A DNA stretch of 63,921 nucleotides, counting the filler, from Asterionella formosa (Eukaryota): assembly GCA_002256025.1 (NCBI GenBank). It is 20 parts of 20 records of this genome, joined end to end, with 100 filler letters (N's around TTAATTAATTAA, not from the genome) between each part and the next. Parts side by side here need not be neighbours in the genome. Positions count along the whole stretch, not along the records: positions 34,712 to 35,947 come from NKIB01003499.1; positions 36,048 to 37,282 come from NKIB01003500.1; positions 37,383 to 38,617 come from NKIB01003501.1; positions 38,718 to 39,957 come from NKIB01003502.1; positions 40,058 to 41,292 come from NKIB01003503.1; positions 41,393 to 42,627 come from NKIB01003504.1; positions 42,728 to 62,587 come from NKIB01003505.1; 13 more parts are not named here. One strand, 5' to 3'. Position 1 is the stretch's first letter, and each line of letters begins with the position of its first letter. Shown here one piece after another: positions 34,712-46,317 of this stretch. A model generated the notes under the pieces. The model searched no databases, was not told where the DNA came from, and was given only the letters and a program-made list of their open reading frames with translations. The translations under genes and the position numbers were made by a program.

Positions 34712-35947
34712 AGATATCAGTACGAGAAGATAATGAAGAGTTACATGACGATTTTTACGACGAGTTCGAACCTCGAGAAGTGTCCGATAATGAAGATGAA
34801 GATGATGACAAGCAAGAATTGGGGAGGAAAACTGAACAATCAACTAAGATAGATGGTACTACGAAATACGAGGTTACAGGTACCAATACCCCAATTGTGA
34901 AGGCTAAACGTGCGGAAAGTGCTCAGTCTAAACAAGCAAAGTTGGCACGTGAAATGCGAAGATTGGACTCATCGTTCAATCCTACGAGTACGAAAATTGT
35001 GAAATTTTCAGGAGATACTGAGATGCCTGGTGTTATCGAGGAGGATAAGATGAAGGAAATTACGAAGAATACACAGGTGAATTTTGTGTACAACGCAAGT
35101 CTGGCTTCTGATCCAGGATTACCAACAAGCTACGATGAAGCAATGGCAAGACCAGACAAGAAAGAGTGGATCAAGGCGATCAACAAAGAATATGAAAACT
35201 TCCAGTCGAGAGGAGTGTGGAAAGTTATCAAACGTGATACTGTTAAGAAGCGAACACTAAAAACGAGATGGGTGTTTCGAATTAAAGAAGATGTGTTAAC
35301 CGGGAAGACCATTTACAAGGCAAGATTGGTCGTGAAGGGATATGAGCAAATCCCAGGTGTCGATTTTACTGAGACATTTGCTCCAGTTGCAAGCGATGCG
35401 ACAATCAAAACGGTACTCGCAGTGACGATGTACAACGGTTGGCGAGCGGAGGCTATTGATGTGGAAGCAGCATTTCTAAATGCTGACGTCGATGAGGACA
35501 TTTATATTGAGCCCCCTCAAGGTTTGATCGGAGTCGATTCCGATACACATGTTTGCAAGCTTGTGAAGGCTATGTACGGGATAGTACAAGCTCCACGATG
35601 CTGGTCCAGGACGTTTGCGAAATGTGTCACCAATAAACCAGGTATGACGAAGAGCAAGATCGACCCTATGTTATTTATGCACCGGAACAAGGATGGACAA
35701 ATTGATGGTCTACTTGTTAATTACGTGGATGACGGTATTGTATGTGGGACTCCAAGTGCAGTGGAGTACCGGTATATGAAAAATGTTATCAAGGAAGATT
35801 TCAATATTACCGAGCAGGGTATTCTACAGAAACACCTAGGAGTGGAATATGCTTGGAAAGAGGACAAGTATGGTGAATACTGGGAGGTGCAAATGCAGAA
35901 ATTTCGTATGCAACTTCTACGCGAATACGAGAAGTTGACCGGTATGA
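34712..35947 (+). mobile_element. Ty1/copia RT fragment, copy 3 of 3
   Basis: Protein identical to copy 2. The visible difference is a synonymous AAG/AAA (33597 vs 34932 region). Confidence 0.95.
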
Positions 35948-36047
35948 NNNNNNNNNNNNNNNNNNNNNNNNNNNNNNNNNNNNNNNNNNNNTTAATTAAT
36001 TAANNNNNNNNNNNNNNNNNNNNNNNNNNNNNNNNNNNNNNNNNNNN

Positions 36048-36180
36048 TAACACTGTAATCAATACACGCGATGTTAAGTGGAGTGAGTGGCATGGAACAA
36101 ACGCACCTACGGACGGACTAGGAAAAATCTACAAGGACAATGCTAAAGAGAAAGTAACAGTTCAACCAGAAGCTCATCTA
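36048..36180 (+). mobile_element. Copia integrase C-terminal (SH3-like) fragment
   Basis: NTVINTRDVKWSEWHG matches the copia 'i.SRDV.W/F' motif. Similarity stops at about 36180. Confidence 0.55.
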
Positions 36181-36282
36181 AGCCGCGAAATACGCCACTT
36201 TTCGAAATTTCGTCTACGTATGAGTGTTAATTATGTGGTACTTCACATGCATTAATGCCACTCTTCACGTAAAAAAGATTAC

Positions 36283-36328
36283 TTTTAACGGTTTCATGTG
36301 AAGTTTTAACTGTTTCATGTGAAGTTTT
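36283..36328 (+). repeat. 21-bp tandem duplication
   Basis: TTTTAACGGTTTCATGTGAAG / TTTTAACTGTTTCATGTGAAG / TTTT. Confidence 0.85.
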
Positions 36329-36708
36329 CACAATGAATTTTGAACGCGAGACTGAATTAGTTGATGTTTCAAATAATTCATTTGAAAGTTCAATTGATTT
36401 CGTTCAAACAGTTTGTTTTGATGCCGATGACTATGATAATGGTTTATTCCTTGATAGTTTAGTAGATCATGATGCTGCTGCTATTAATGGTCCAATCATT
36501 CAGAACGGAGAAATAAACGACATTATAAACCCTACCAACTTCCGATTTTGCGCACAAAGTATATCCGTTTCGTCCACTTCAGCATGACAATCTCGCCAAT
36601 CAACCCGTAAACAAACACATTCTACTTGTTCTCGTTGACATTTTCAATTCTCACATGATACTGTTGAAAAAATTCGAGCTGACTGCCACAGGACAGGAGT
36701 GAAGGGTA

Positions 36709-37085
36709 TAGTGGACACGAGAGAGTACAGTACTACAGTTAAAACCGTACAGCCGCTACCAAGAGTTACCTGGGCTGACGTGGTAAAAGGCACAACGCAA
36801 GGAAAAGCAATCAGAGGTCAAGAAAAAATGTTAAAATGCAGTGTGAGTAATAAGAGTGTTTCGAGACCATTATCTCGAAACAATCCAGTTAGTAAAGTGA
36901 AAGTTTAAGTTTGACAACTTCCTCGTTGCTATCAATTTCATCAACTGTATTCGATTAACACAGTACTAGTTTCAAGGCCTACGATACGGTCGAATACGGT
37001 AGTTGTTACAACAGATACTACATCTACTATTGAGATTCAGCATAGAAGGAGATACGAAAATGTGCGTAACAGACTACTGTCCACA
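36709..37085 (+). mobile_element. Probable LTR (about 377 bp)
   Basis: The purine-rich GGAGTGAAGGG precedes TAGTGGAC...GTCCACA (imperfect inverted ends). The end coincides with the start of the repeat shared with the contig at 25358. Confidence 0.45.
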
Positions 37086-37515
37086 TAGCTATAGTTATAG
37101 AATGATTCTGATTAGAACGCATTTCATTTTCATATCGCTCGCTCGTTTCTGCATTTGGCATACTGTACTTTAATTAACTATTGAACTTGTCCGCATCTTT
37201 GATACCATCAAGAGAGCGAAAGCAAGTGGCTCTTTTCACTGTTGTTTGCTCGTAGGAAGAATTTGATATCTGTATCGTCATTNNNNNNNNNNNNNNNNNN
37301 NNNNNNNNNNNNNNNNNNNNNNNNNNTTAATTAATTAANNNNNNNNNNNNNNNNNNNNNNNNNNNNNNNNNNNNNNNNNNNNATACTTGTTGAAAGAGGC
37401 AAGGAAGGAAAGAAAAAGGCTCCAATCAATATTAAATACGGAAAAATCACTAGATTGTTATTCGTGCCTGAAAAGGATTTTCAATTCAAGAGTAGGGGGA
37501 ACAAATTCATTGCAG

Positions 37516-38305
37516 GGGAATTATAGACCGGAACTGGATACCTCTGCCGAACTCAAGATTGAAGGCGTGAGATACTACCAGGAATTGATCGGCGTGCTCC
37601 GCTGGGCAGTGGAGCTTGGACGAATAGACATTGCTATGGAAGTTTCTATGTTATCTACTCACCTAGCGTTGCCGAGAAGCGGACACTTGCAGCAGGTTTA
37701 TCATATGTTCGGATATTTGAAAGCGAAACCCAAGAGGACGTTGATCTTTGATCCGACACACCCCGATATAAACGAGTCCAGGTTTGTTAAATGCGATTGG
37801 CACGACTTTTACAGGGGAGCGCAGGAGTCTATTCCAGGGGACGCACCCAAGCCCAGAGGTAACGTTGTCACTACTCACTGTTTTGTGGATGCGGATCATG
37901 CAGGGAATCGGGTGACGAGGCGCTTGCAGACCGGGATTCTGATTTTTGTGAATCGTGCTCCAATTATATGGTACAGTAATCGACAGAGCACTGTCAAGAC
38001 ATCGATGTTTGGTAGCGAATTTGTGGCACTGAAAATCTCGGTTGCACTGATCGAGGCATTGAGGTATAAGCTGAGACTGTTTGGAATCCCAATCGATGGA
38101 CCGACTAACGTTTTCTGTGACAACGAGGTGGTGATGAATAGACATTGAAAAAGAAACATAATGCGATAGCGTATCACAGAGCGATAGAAGCTGTGGCGGC
38201 AGGGACGATTCGGGTAACGAAGGAAGATGGAATTTGGCTGATGTGCTCACGAAGCCATTATCCCAAATTACACGAGAGTATTTGTGCGACAAGTTCATGT
38301 ATTGA
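37516..38305 (+). pseudogene. CoDi-type Ty1/copia RT end + RNase H, frameshifted
   Basis: YRPELD, YQELIGVLRWAVELGRIDI, FVDADHAG, GSEFVALK, LRYKLR, FCDN, then KKKHNAIAYH and NLADVLTKPL..CDKFMY* in shifted frames. Confidence 0.92.
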
Positions 38306-38464
38306 TGGCTGTTGGATCACAGTGGGTCGAAGATTGAAGCCAAGGTTCATCGCGATGTCACAACCTATGACACCGGTTACCTCCTGGGCACGCAATGACG
38401 TGTGGCACCGAATCCAGGTCGATGTTTAGTTGTATATTTGTTTGGTTTCATCTCCCATGTATTC

Positions 38465-38617
38465 GAGGGGACTGAACGAATATTGCAGTGCAGTGTGGGC
38501 GCGTGGATGAACGTACCGTGTCATACGGTACAGGGGACTAACTAGCCGTTAGAGTGTTTTAGCGATAGTACAGCATGCAAGCTTGGAGCAGCGAATGCGC
38601 TAGAACGGCGTAGGTTT
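38465..38617 (+). mobile_element. Polypurine tract and start of the 3' LTR (TG at 38473)
   Basis: GAGGGGAC|TGAACG lies about 165 bp after the pol stop. Confidence 0.6.
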
Positions 38618-38717
38618 NNNNNNNNNNNNNNNNNNNNNNNNNNNNNNNNNNNNNNNNNNNNTTAATTAATTAANNNNNNNNNNNNNNNNNNNNNNNNNNN
38701 NNNNNNNNNNNNNNNNN

Positions 38718-39936
38718 ACCTAACGAGTCCCTGGCGAATTGCCGAACTCGCAATCCATGCTATAAACAACACCACGGTGGGGAAACTGAAAGCCTGCTCA
38801 CTTGCAACTTTAGATGAGTTAGTACAAGCACAATCACCCAAAGATGTCCTCAACGGTCCAATCACACTATACCACATGGCATGCCCTCATGCAGATCACG
38901 CCGCAGGTTACCAAAAACTAATGGAACACCAAACAAGGCTCACTTTGGATGAACAAGCAAACAAAGCCGATCACCACCAAACAAAGTCAACCACAAACAT
39001 TCAATACACAAATTTAGGAGATGACTCCATCGAATCAGTTGCAAAAACATTGATAAACTTTTTAATCTTACTCCGAACACTTGCCAGAACACCTTCAACA
39101 ATTCCAAACTCACAGGTGTCTGCATTGACAAACATTTTGTCAAGCTTGGTTGATACAACTTACCATGTTACCGCCAGTGCCCCCAGACGCACCTGCTTTC
39201 AAGCCATACCCAAAGCTGTACCTTACATTCTCCAGGTAGCTGCAACCACGGTCGCAGCTGTTGCAGACATCAGCCACAACCCAGAAATCCGTCACGCTAT
39301 TCTTCATGGTCAACCCGTTTATGACAACCACCCTGCCTTCGATGATTTTTACAACAGTTGTCGCACAGTGAACAATATCAACGCAGACATACAATGCAGT
39401 GCACCAACTTTTAACTCATTGTTATGCAACAGGCTTTTCATAGAACAAAGCCCCACACAAAACAAAACAAAACAAAAACAAGCTCTACAGATTCCGACAA
39501 GTCTCTCCAGAGTTATGACCAGCAAACAAACAAACGAAGAACCAAAGATCGACAAAAGGTAACTGACAAAGATGTCGACAAAAACATTCCCACACAAACA
39601 AAGAAACCAAGAGCTGAAAATCCCATCTCAACAGTAACTTACATCAGTTTAGTCCACCCAGTTCCGGCTGATTGGAAAGTACGGGACCATAATCCTTTGG
39701 TAGTCCCAGGATCAAATGATGTAAAAGATATTTTGTGTTTTGCACACATTACTGAGCACCAAGTATGCCGTCGACCAAACTGCCGATACCGTCACCCCAC
39801 CAAACCATCTGAAATCGGCACCATAGCCGAAGCCAAAAAATTCGTCAGTTGGGTTGACAATGACTCCACCATCACTTGGGTGGGAGATACAAAAAAGAAA
39901 ATCATGGATTGGATCCAGCAGATGTGCACTGAGTAA
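38718..39936 (+). mobile_element. Gag/ORF1-like protein with a CCCH zinc finger (DIRS/Ngaro-like retroelement?), frameshifted
   Basis: Two overlapping ORFs (38777-39562, 39424-39936) switch frame around an (AAAAC)n run. C-terminal CFAHITEHQVCRRPNCRYRH. Confidence 0.4.
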
Positions 39937-41392
39937 ACTAGAAAAACAGTGACACATNNNNNNNNNNNNNNNNNNNNNNNNNNNNNNNNNNNNNNNNNNN
40001 NTTAATTAATTAANNNNNNNNNNNNNNNNNNNNNNNNNNNNNNNNNNNNNNNNNNNNATATTTTCTATGTTCACCTCAAAAATTGCCAAAGGTCCGATAT
40101 TGCCCATCATTAAAATATATTTTGAATATATCATATGTTCGCATTTTGGCAAGACAACAGACGACAATTGCCCCTTGGTTTTCCAGCCCTGGGATTGCCG
40201 AAATCGGCAAGGGGTCTACTTAAAGAAACTATTTTATATACTATTCAGATTCTAATAATTTATATCTAGAATTCACATCGTTTTTGTTCGTCTCCTGAAA
40301 AGTGGACTCCGGCAATTCACCTTTCACCATGCCAATCGTCGTCCATCATGACCGGTTTGAAGCGAAATCAGTTCCGCGATGACGCCAGTAGCGATTCTTT
40401 GCCTAACGGATGCGGTTGATTGTTGGATCGCTTGTCTTCTCGAGGTATTCATGTAGTCGCATCGTCCATATTTCGTCGGACGAACGATGATATCGATACA
40501 TCTGATGTTGGTGGCAAGTTTTTGCTCCGGTCATGTACGTACCGGTAATGATGCTTAACGGATATTCTACCGGTACCGGCAGTCATCTAGTGTACATACG
40601 TACGTGGTACTAAAAACAACTATGCATGGTTTAAGCTATGCTTTAGTGCTTACTTTGAACACGTAATAATATTGTCTCTGTAGACTCGGTATTATTTTCA
40701 CGAGACCTGAAATGTTGAATTATATAATAGTTCACATACTCATTGATTTTACGTACCGTATGCCCGATTTCGTCCTCACAAATATAGTTCTCACTCTATC
40801 TTGCCTGCCTTTGCTCTATTCGGGCTTGCAATAGGCAACGTTCGTCTTTCTTTTATCCCATCGTTTGCTGCTTGTTATGCTAGTTGAAGCGGATCGGTAA
40901 GTACAACAGTGAAACACTGAATGTGGATTGTAGATCGTATTTATCGACTTTCCGATTTGATTGCTTCCGTGGTTTGTTTTGATCGCTTCCATCGTTGTTT
41001 GTCGTTACGCACTGTCGTTTTCTTTCGATTGTACATATCTACATGAGAACCAATGCATTTATCAATGACTACTCATTGAAGATGTGGTATTGTGCCGTTG
41101 TTGATTGTATTTGTTGATTTGTATAGTCGTTGACAATGATGTCAATATTGCCGCCAAGCAATGCATTTCTTGTACTAACGCGCTTTGCTACATTTCTACT
41201 ACGAGTTCGTATCAGAAGCTACATGACGAATACTCAGCTAGAGAGAGTCAATAGTTCTGGAGCAGCGTGGCGATCACGCTTGCTCAGAATGGNNNNNNNN
41301 NNNNNNNNNNNNNNNNNNNNNNNNNNNNNNNNNNNNTTAATTAATTAANNNNNNNNNNNNNNNNNNNNNNNNNNNNNNNNNNNNNNNNNNNN

Positions 41393-42098
41393 TCGATATT
41401 CTCAGAATGAACATATATTGATCAAATTGGTCATCGGGAAGGTTTGTAAAATCTCGGTGCTTGCTGTGGACTGAACATCAGTGCTGTGGTTGCAAAAATT
41501 CCAAACCATCTTTCTCCACCAATATAAGGCCGATTTATATCCAGCATAGTATTCGATGTACACGAGATCAGTGCCGTCATTTCGAATATCGATATTTCTC
41601 AGAACGAACATATATTGATCAATGCTGGAAACATGAGGATGTGTAAATTTTCGGATGCTTGTGGACTGATCATCAGAGCTGTGGCATCAAAAAATCCAAA
41701 TCACCTTTCTCCACCAATATAAGGCCGATTTTTATCCAGCATAGTATTCGATGTATACGAGATCAGTGCCTTCATTTCGAATATCGATATTCTCAGAACG
41801 AACATAAATTGATCAAATTGGTCATCAGGACGAGGTGTAATATTTCAGTTCTTGTGTGCTGCTTCTGCATGACCAGTATTCCAAACCATCTTCCTCCACC
41901 AATGTAAGGCCGATTTCTATCCAGCACAGTATTCGATGTCCACGAGAGCATTGCCGGCATTTCGAATATCGATATTCTCAGAATGAACATATATTGATTC
42001 AATGGGTCATCAGGATATGAAATAAATATTCGTTGCTTGTGGACTGATCATAAGTACTGTGGCAACAAAATTTCCATACCTCCTTTCTTCACCAATTT
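41393..42098 (+). repeat. Satellite A, about 195-bp unit x3.6
   Basis: TCGATATT(T)CTCAGAA.GAACATA.ATTGAT starts at 41393, 41589, 41784 and 41969 (periods 196, 195, 185). Confidence 0.93.
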
Positions 42099-42618
42099 AC
42101 AGCTGCTCATCCTTTCCTTCTTTTTCTATATTGTACTTGCTAGAGTTATCGCTGTAGACTATTTGTAGCAGCTCCGAAAAGGAGAAGGCCATTGCGGCAC
42201 ATCTCAATTTTGACTCACTACGGCGACATGCATTGAATGTTAAAATATGCAACAGCTGTTTCTAAACAATTTTACGAATTCATTCGTTGACAGTTGCTCC
42301 TCCTCTCATTCTTCTTCTATATTTTACTTGTTAGAGTTATCGCTGTAGAATATTTGTAGCAGCTCCGAAAAGGAGACAGCCATAGAGGCACATCTCAATT
42401 TCGAATCACTACGGAGACATGCATTGAATATTTAAAATATGCAACAGCTGTTTCTTAACTAATTTACGAATTCAATGGTTGTCAGCTTCTCATCCTTTCC
42501 TTCTTTTTCTATATTGTACTTGCTAGAGTTATCGCTGTAGACTATTTGTAGCTGCTCCGAAACGGAGAAGGCCATTGCGGCACATCTCAATTTCGATTCA
42601 CTACGGAGACATGCAATG
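42099..42618 (+). repeat. Satellite B, about 191-bp unit x2.7
   Basis: TATATT.TACTTG.TAGAGTTATCGCTGTAGA.TATTTGTAGC at 42127, 42318 and 42510 (periods 191, 192). Confidence 0.93.
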
Positions 42619-42769
42619 CTCAACGATNNNNNNNNNNNNNNNNNNNNNNNNNNNNNNNNNNNNNNNNNNNNTTAATTAATTAANNNNNNNNNNNNNNNNN
42701 NNNNNNNNNNNNNNNNNNNNNNNNNNNGTGCTGAGTGGTACAATTTTAGAACTTCTTGAACATGGTAAC

Positions 42770-43156
42770 GAGGAGGATGTCAAGAATATAGCATCAATGG
42801 CTATAATGAGTCACAAGGACTGTGGACTCGACTATAGTCCAATGAGTCAAATGGTGCGTTCCCATGTCAAGAAGCTTGCTAACGAGATTAATGTCTTAGA
42901 TCAATCAGAAGAAGGTTTACATCAACGAAAAGGGAACACGAAGAACAGGTTCTCGAAGTGTGATGAATGGGATTGAAACTTAGTTTTAGTTTAATCTTAT
43001 AATTAAGAAACAGTGAGAATTGACAGAGTAAGGTCAATAGCGAAAACTAGCACGAAGGCTAGCAGCAGAAAGAAGATAACAATACTAGTGGTATAGCAGG
43101 TAAGTTCTACGTAAGAGGAACCCGTCAGACGGGAAGGAGTACGAGACCTTTCAACA
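42770..43156 (+). mobile_element. Copia PPT + 3' LTR (42778-43156, about 379 bp)
   Basis: GAGGAGGA|TGTCAAG ... CTTTCAACA, with TGT..ACA termini, at a contig edge. Confidence 0.65.
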
Positions 43157-43367
43157 CATGCATAGTATGAAGAAAATATTTTTGTGAGCTCCTTTCATCA
43201 TTGTCTACAGTACTTCCAGTACCAGCCGTCGCACCTCTCAGACCCATTCTTGTACCAGGTACTGCAAGAAAGAAGCACATCATAGAAGTGTCATTGAAAC
43301 GAGAGAGTATTCCGACTCAACTTCTTACTCGGGCTTTGCCTGTTTGTTTCAACTTTGCACATTTAAT

Positions 43368-44195
43368 ATGAAAGGAACTGCGAGAGGAAGGATATCCGTC
43401 GGCCGGAGACAATGCGTCTCCAAATCGATCCAACAAAAAGACCAGCCGCATCGATCATTTGCATCTGTATCTTCCTCTGAAGTATCAAAGTTTTCTAGTA
43501 TGAGCGATAATTGGTGGAACCCGCGACAGAACCCTTTGGTTGGGATGAATCCTGTTCGTGTGGCTTACATACTTGACAGTCTTGGATGCCAGAAACAACA
43601 ACTCCCGCCGCTGACTGGTCTTAAAGCACTGGATGTAGGATGTGGAGGTGGTCTCTTATCTGAATCTCTTGCAAGACTCGGTGCAAGCGTGACGGCGATT
43701 GATCCAGCGACAGCTCTTGTCAATATGGCACAAGCCCATGCCCAACGTGACCCAAAGACAGCATCGATTGATTATAGAGCGGGCACTTCTATTGAAGAGG
43801 TAAAAAGCAGCGAATCAGATTTTGACTTAATTTGTATCCTTGAAGTCCTGGAGCACGCGACTGATGTGGATAGTATCTTGCAAGCGGCATCGACCCTCCT
43901 CAACCCGAACGGAACTCTCTTTGTTTCCACCATGAATCGAACCCTCAAGTCGCACCTGTTGGCTATTGTTGGAGCAGAATACATAATGGGATATTTACCA
44001 CCTGGAACTCACAACTGGAATCAATTTTTATCGCCTGAAGAGGTGGATAATAAAATGAAACAAGTCGGTCTCAAAGAGATTCATTCAAAAGGTATGATAT
44101 TGACGTCACCGCCTATCAACGGCAACTGGCGATGGAAGATCAGTGATAGTGACAAGGAAGTCAATTGGATTGGAGCATACAAGCATGCCACATAA
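43368..44195 (+). CDS. COQ3: Ubiquinone biosynthesis O-methyltransferase, mitochondrial (UbiG/COQ3)
   Basis: EVSKFSSMSDNWW, MNPVRVAYI, LDVGCGGGLLSESLARLGA, LEVLEH, STMNRT, GTHNWNQFLSPEE; Arg/Ser-rich presequence. Confidence 0.95.
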   Translation: MKGTARGRISVGRRQCVSKSIQQKDQPHRSFASVSSSEVSKFSSMSDNWWNPRQNPLVGMNPVRVAYILDSLGCQKQQLPPLTGLKALDVGCGGGLLSESLARLGASVTAIDPATALVNMAQAHAQRDPKTASIDYRAGTSIEEVKSSESDFDLICILEVLEHATDVDSILQAASTLLNPNGTLFVSTMNRTLKSHLLAIVGAEYIMGYLPPGTHNWNQFLSPEEVDNKMKQVGLKEIHSKGMILTSPPINGNWRWKISDSDKEVNWIGAYKHAT

Positions 44196-44819
44196 TATTG
44201 GAATTTATAGAATGTTTTGCTGCGACAAAGGGCTCGTTTTGAGTCAGGCCTCCGGAAGTAACCATGCCACAACAACATCGAAGCAATTGTCTGCATGAGA
44301 TTGTGCATTCTCAAGAATGTTAATTCCAACAAATAAATTTGCAAACGCATCCGTCGATACTTGTTGGTTGTGCCTTTCAAGAAATAGTAAAATTTTCAGG
44401 GGATTTGACTATCTGGATGGTATGCACTTCTTGAAGCGTTCGGATAATACATAAATATCTAGTCAGTTGTCCTCCTTTATTCTTAGTTGCTACCTTTGCA
44501 CTCCATGATGCAGCAAGCTAGACAGCTAGATGATATACGGTAGTCTACTCCTCGACTCCTCCTGCCTGCAGTATATCGTCCTCAAACCAATCATTCTGAT
44601 ATCTAGAGATGGACTTATCCAAGCCGATTTTGAGATGGACTGTTCCAAGCCGACTACCGGTATATATTCTGCGCAATAATTTTGTTGAAGTTGTGGGGGG
44701 GCGGGGGTGCCATGATGGAACTTTTCAATAAACAATATATCATAAAACAAGTTAACCGGTTGTACAGAAGTCCAAAAAGAGGATCCAACAGTAGCGGTAG
44801 AGTATTATCTCGCACCTTG

Positions 44820-45170
44820 TGGTATACCAGGTACCCGTTGTTTATGATATGATATGACATACCGGTACCTACATACATAAAGAGATTATAAAATGAAGTC
44901 GTATACCGGTACCGGTACCGGTACCTGGTACCAGGTAACTGGAACCCTGGAACCGCAGTACCAGGTACCAGGTAACCTGGTACCAGGTACACTCCTGGTC
45001 CTGGTACCTGGTACCCCTGGTACCAGGTACCGGGTGCTGTGAGGTGGAACACTACCGGTATACACCCGATTGTTAGGTATACCCGGTAGTAACGGTAAGT
45101 AATCATAGACATGTGGGTGTGCATGATACAGTGCCCTCCGGTCGGTACGGGTATAACTACGACCGGTAAG
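44820..45170. repeat. Largest array of nested TA-CCGG-TA / TA-CCAGG-TA / TA-CCTGG-TA palindromic units
   Basis: For example, 44904-44937 reads TA CCGG TA CCGG TA CCGG TA CCTGG TA CCAGG TA. Confidence 0.9.
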
Positions 45171-45936
45171 GTTTACTCGTATTTATAGAGAACATTGGCT
45201 GAAAATAGATATGCAAATGTAGATACCGGCATATACAAATTAAATAGAAGCCATGTCAAGAAGGACAGCATTTATCTCTCAACTTTCACTCATCTGATAC
45301 AGTCCGAACACTATCTCCAATAAAGGAGAAAAATAGTTGAAAACTTGAAAATGTTTGGACCATCCCATAACAAGTGTAAAAACGATGACAACAGATATGT
45401 GACGGTTTACGGTAGGCAGATCGTCAGCATGGTTTCTTGAGTAATGATATGAATTGGTCTACCGGGTACCTGGTACCTGTATCGCAATGTGCCTGGTATT
45501 GTATGAGTCTTCCTCACAAGGGTTGAGGTTACGGACGTTGAATTTTCAGGAACCAACTCCGACAATTGCCGAGGTCTCATTTTCATTTGTATGATCATAT
45601 ACCTTGTGAAGCGCTATGTATGTAGTGAGTATTCCTGCACACAACAGGTGGCGCTGTTTGCCAGCAAGCGTTTTTGTTTGCGGCAAGTGCTCTCTCTCGT
45701 TCGTTTTTCTCTTTTTCTCGAAACGGACACTACATACCAGTAGCATAAATACTGAATTATTTTATTATCGTACATACATTTTGTTGACACAAAAATACAC
45801 AAAAATCCTGCTCACAGCACACGTCTGTGAAAGTTGAAGTAGTATACCGGTACAGTTGAATACTTCTCCTTCTGCTTCCATAAACACATCTTCGGAAGTT
45901 CCATTCAAAGACATTTATTGCCGCCCAACATATCGC

Positions 45937-46317
45937 ATGAGGAATCAAGGAAACGACGAAGAGAATAACAAGAAAATGGAACCTAGGTTGCCCATTGTAG
46001 ATGAACAACTTGAAACACCAAATGATGCATCAAACAGCTCATCCGAAGCCAATGCTCTCCCAACCGAAAGTGAAGTCCATGAAGACTATTCCCAAGAGAC
46101 CAACGATCTATGCTGTTCAACTTTCAATTCAATGTTTTCGCGAGAAGACGACGAACCGAAACACAACCAAATTACCGAAAGGAGTCACGATCCCACGAGC
46201 CCTCTTGGAATGAATAGGGAAATGTCGAGGAAGGAATTGGGACCAGAATACCAACAAAGAGGTCGATTTCTGGTATGGCCAGCAGCCTTGGGGATGCCAT
46301 GGGACCATCCAAGTTAA
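45937..46317 (+). CDS. Hypothetical protein (acidic, low complexity, C-terminal QRGRFLVWP motif)
   Basis: 126-aa ATG-initiated ORF with coding-like composition. No family recognised. Confidence 0.55.
   Translation: MRNQGNDEENNKKMEPRLPIVDEQLETPNDASNSSSEANALPTESEVHEDYSQETNDLCCSTFNSMFSREDDEPKHNQITERSHDPTSPLGMNREMSRKELGPEYQQRGRFLVWPAALGMPWDHPS

Noticed and set aside
33376..35947. Tandem duplication of RT genes as a retron/DGR-like or multi-RT system
   Set aside because: The copies are separate contigs, and the RT is a standard Ty1/copia type (YVDD, RVT_2 motifs).
37663..38298. 211-aa antisense ORF over RNase H, and similar antisense ORFs over host genes
   Set aside because: Shadow ORFs of real coding sequence, with no motifs of their own.
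44654..45124. ORFs rich in VPGTRYQVPG (also 21530-21862, 46919-47199, 52486-52698, 56716-57046)
   Set aside because: These are translations of the TA-CC(W)GG-TA arrays, with no independent coding evidence.
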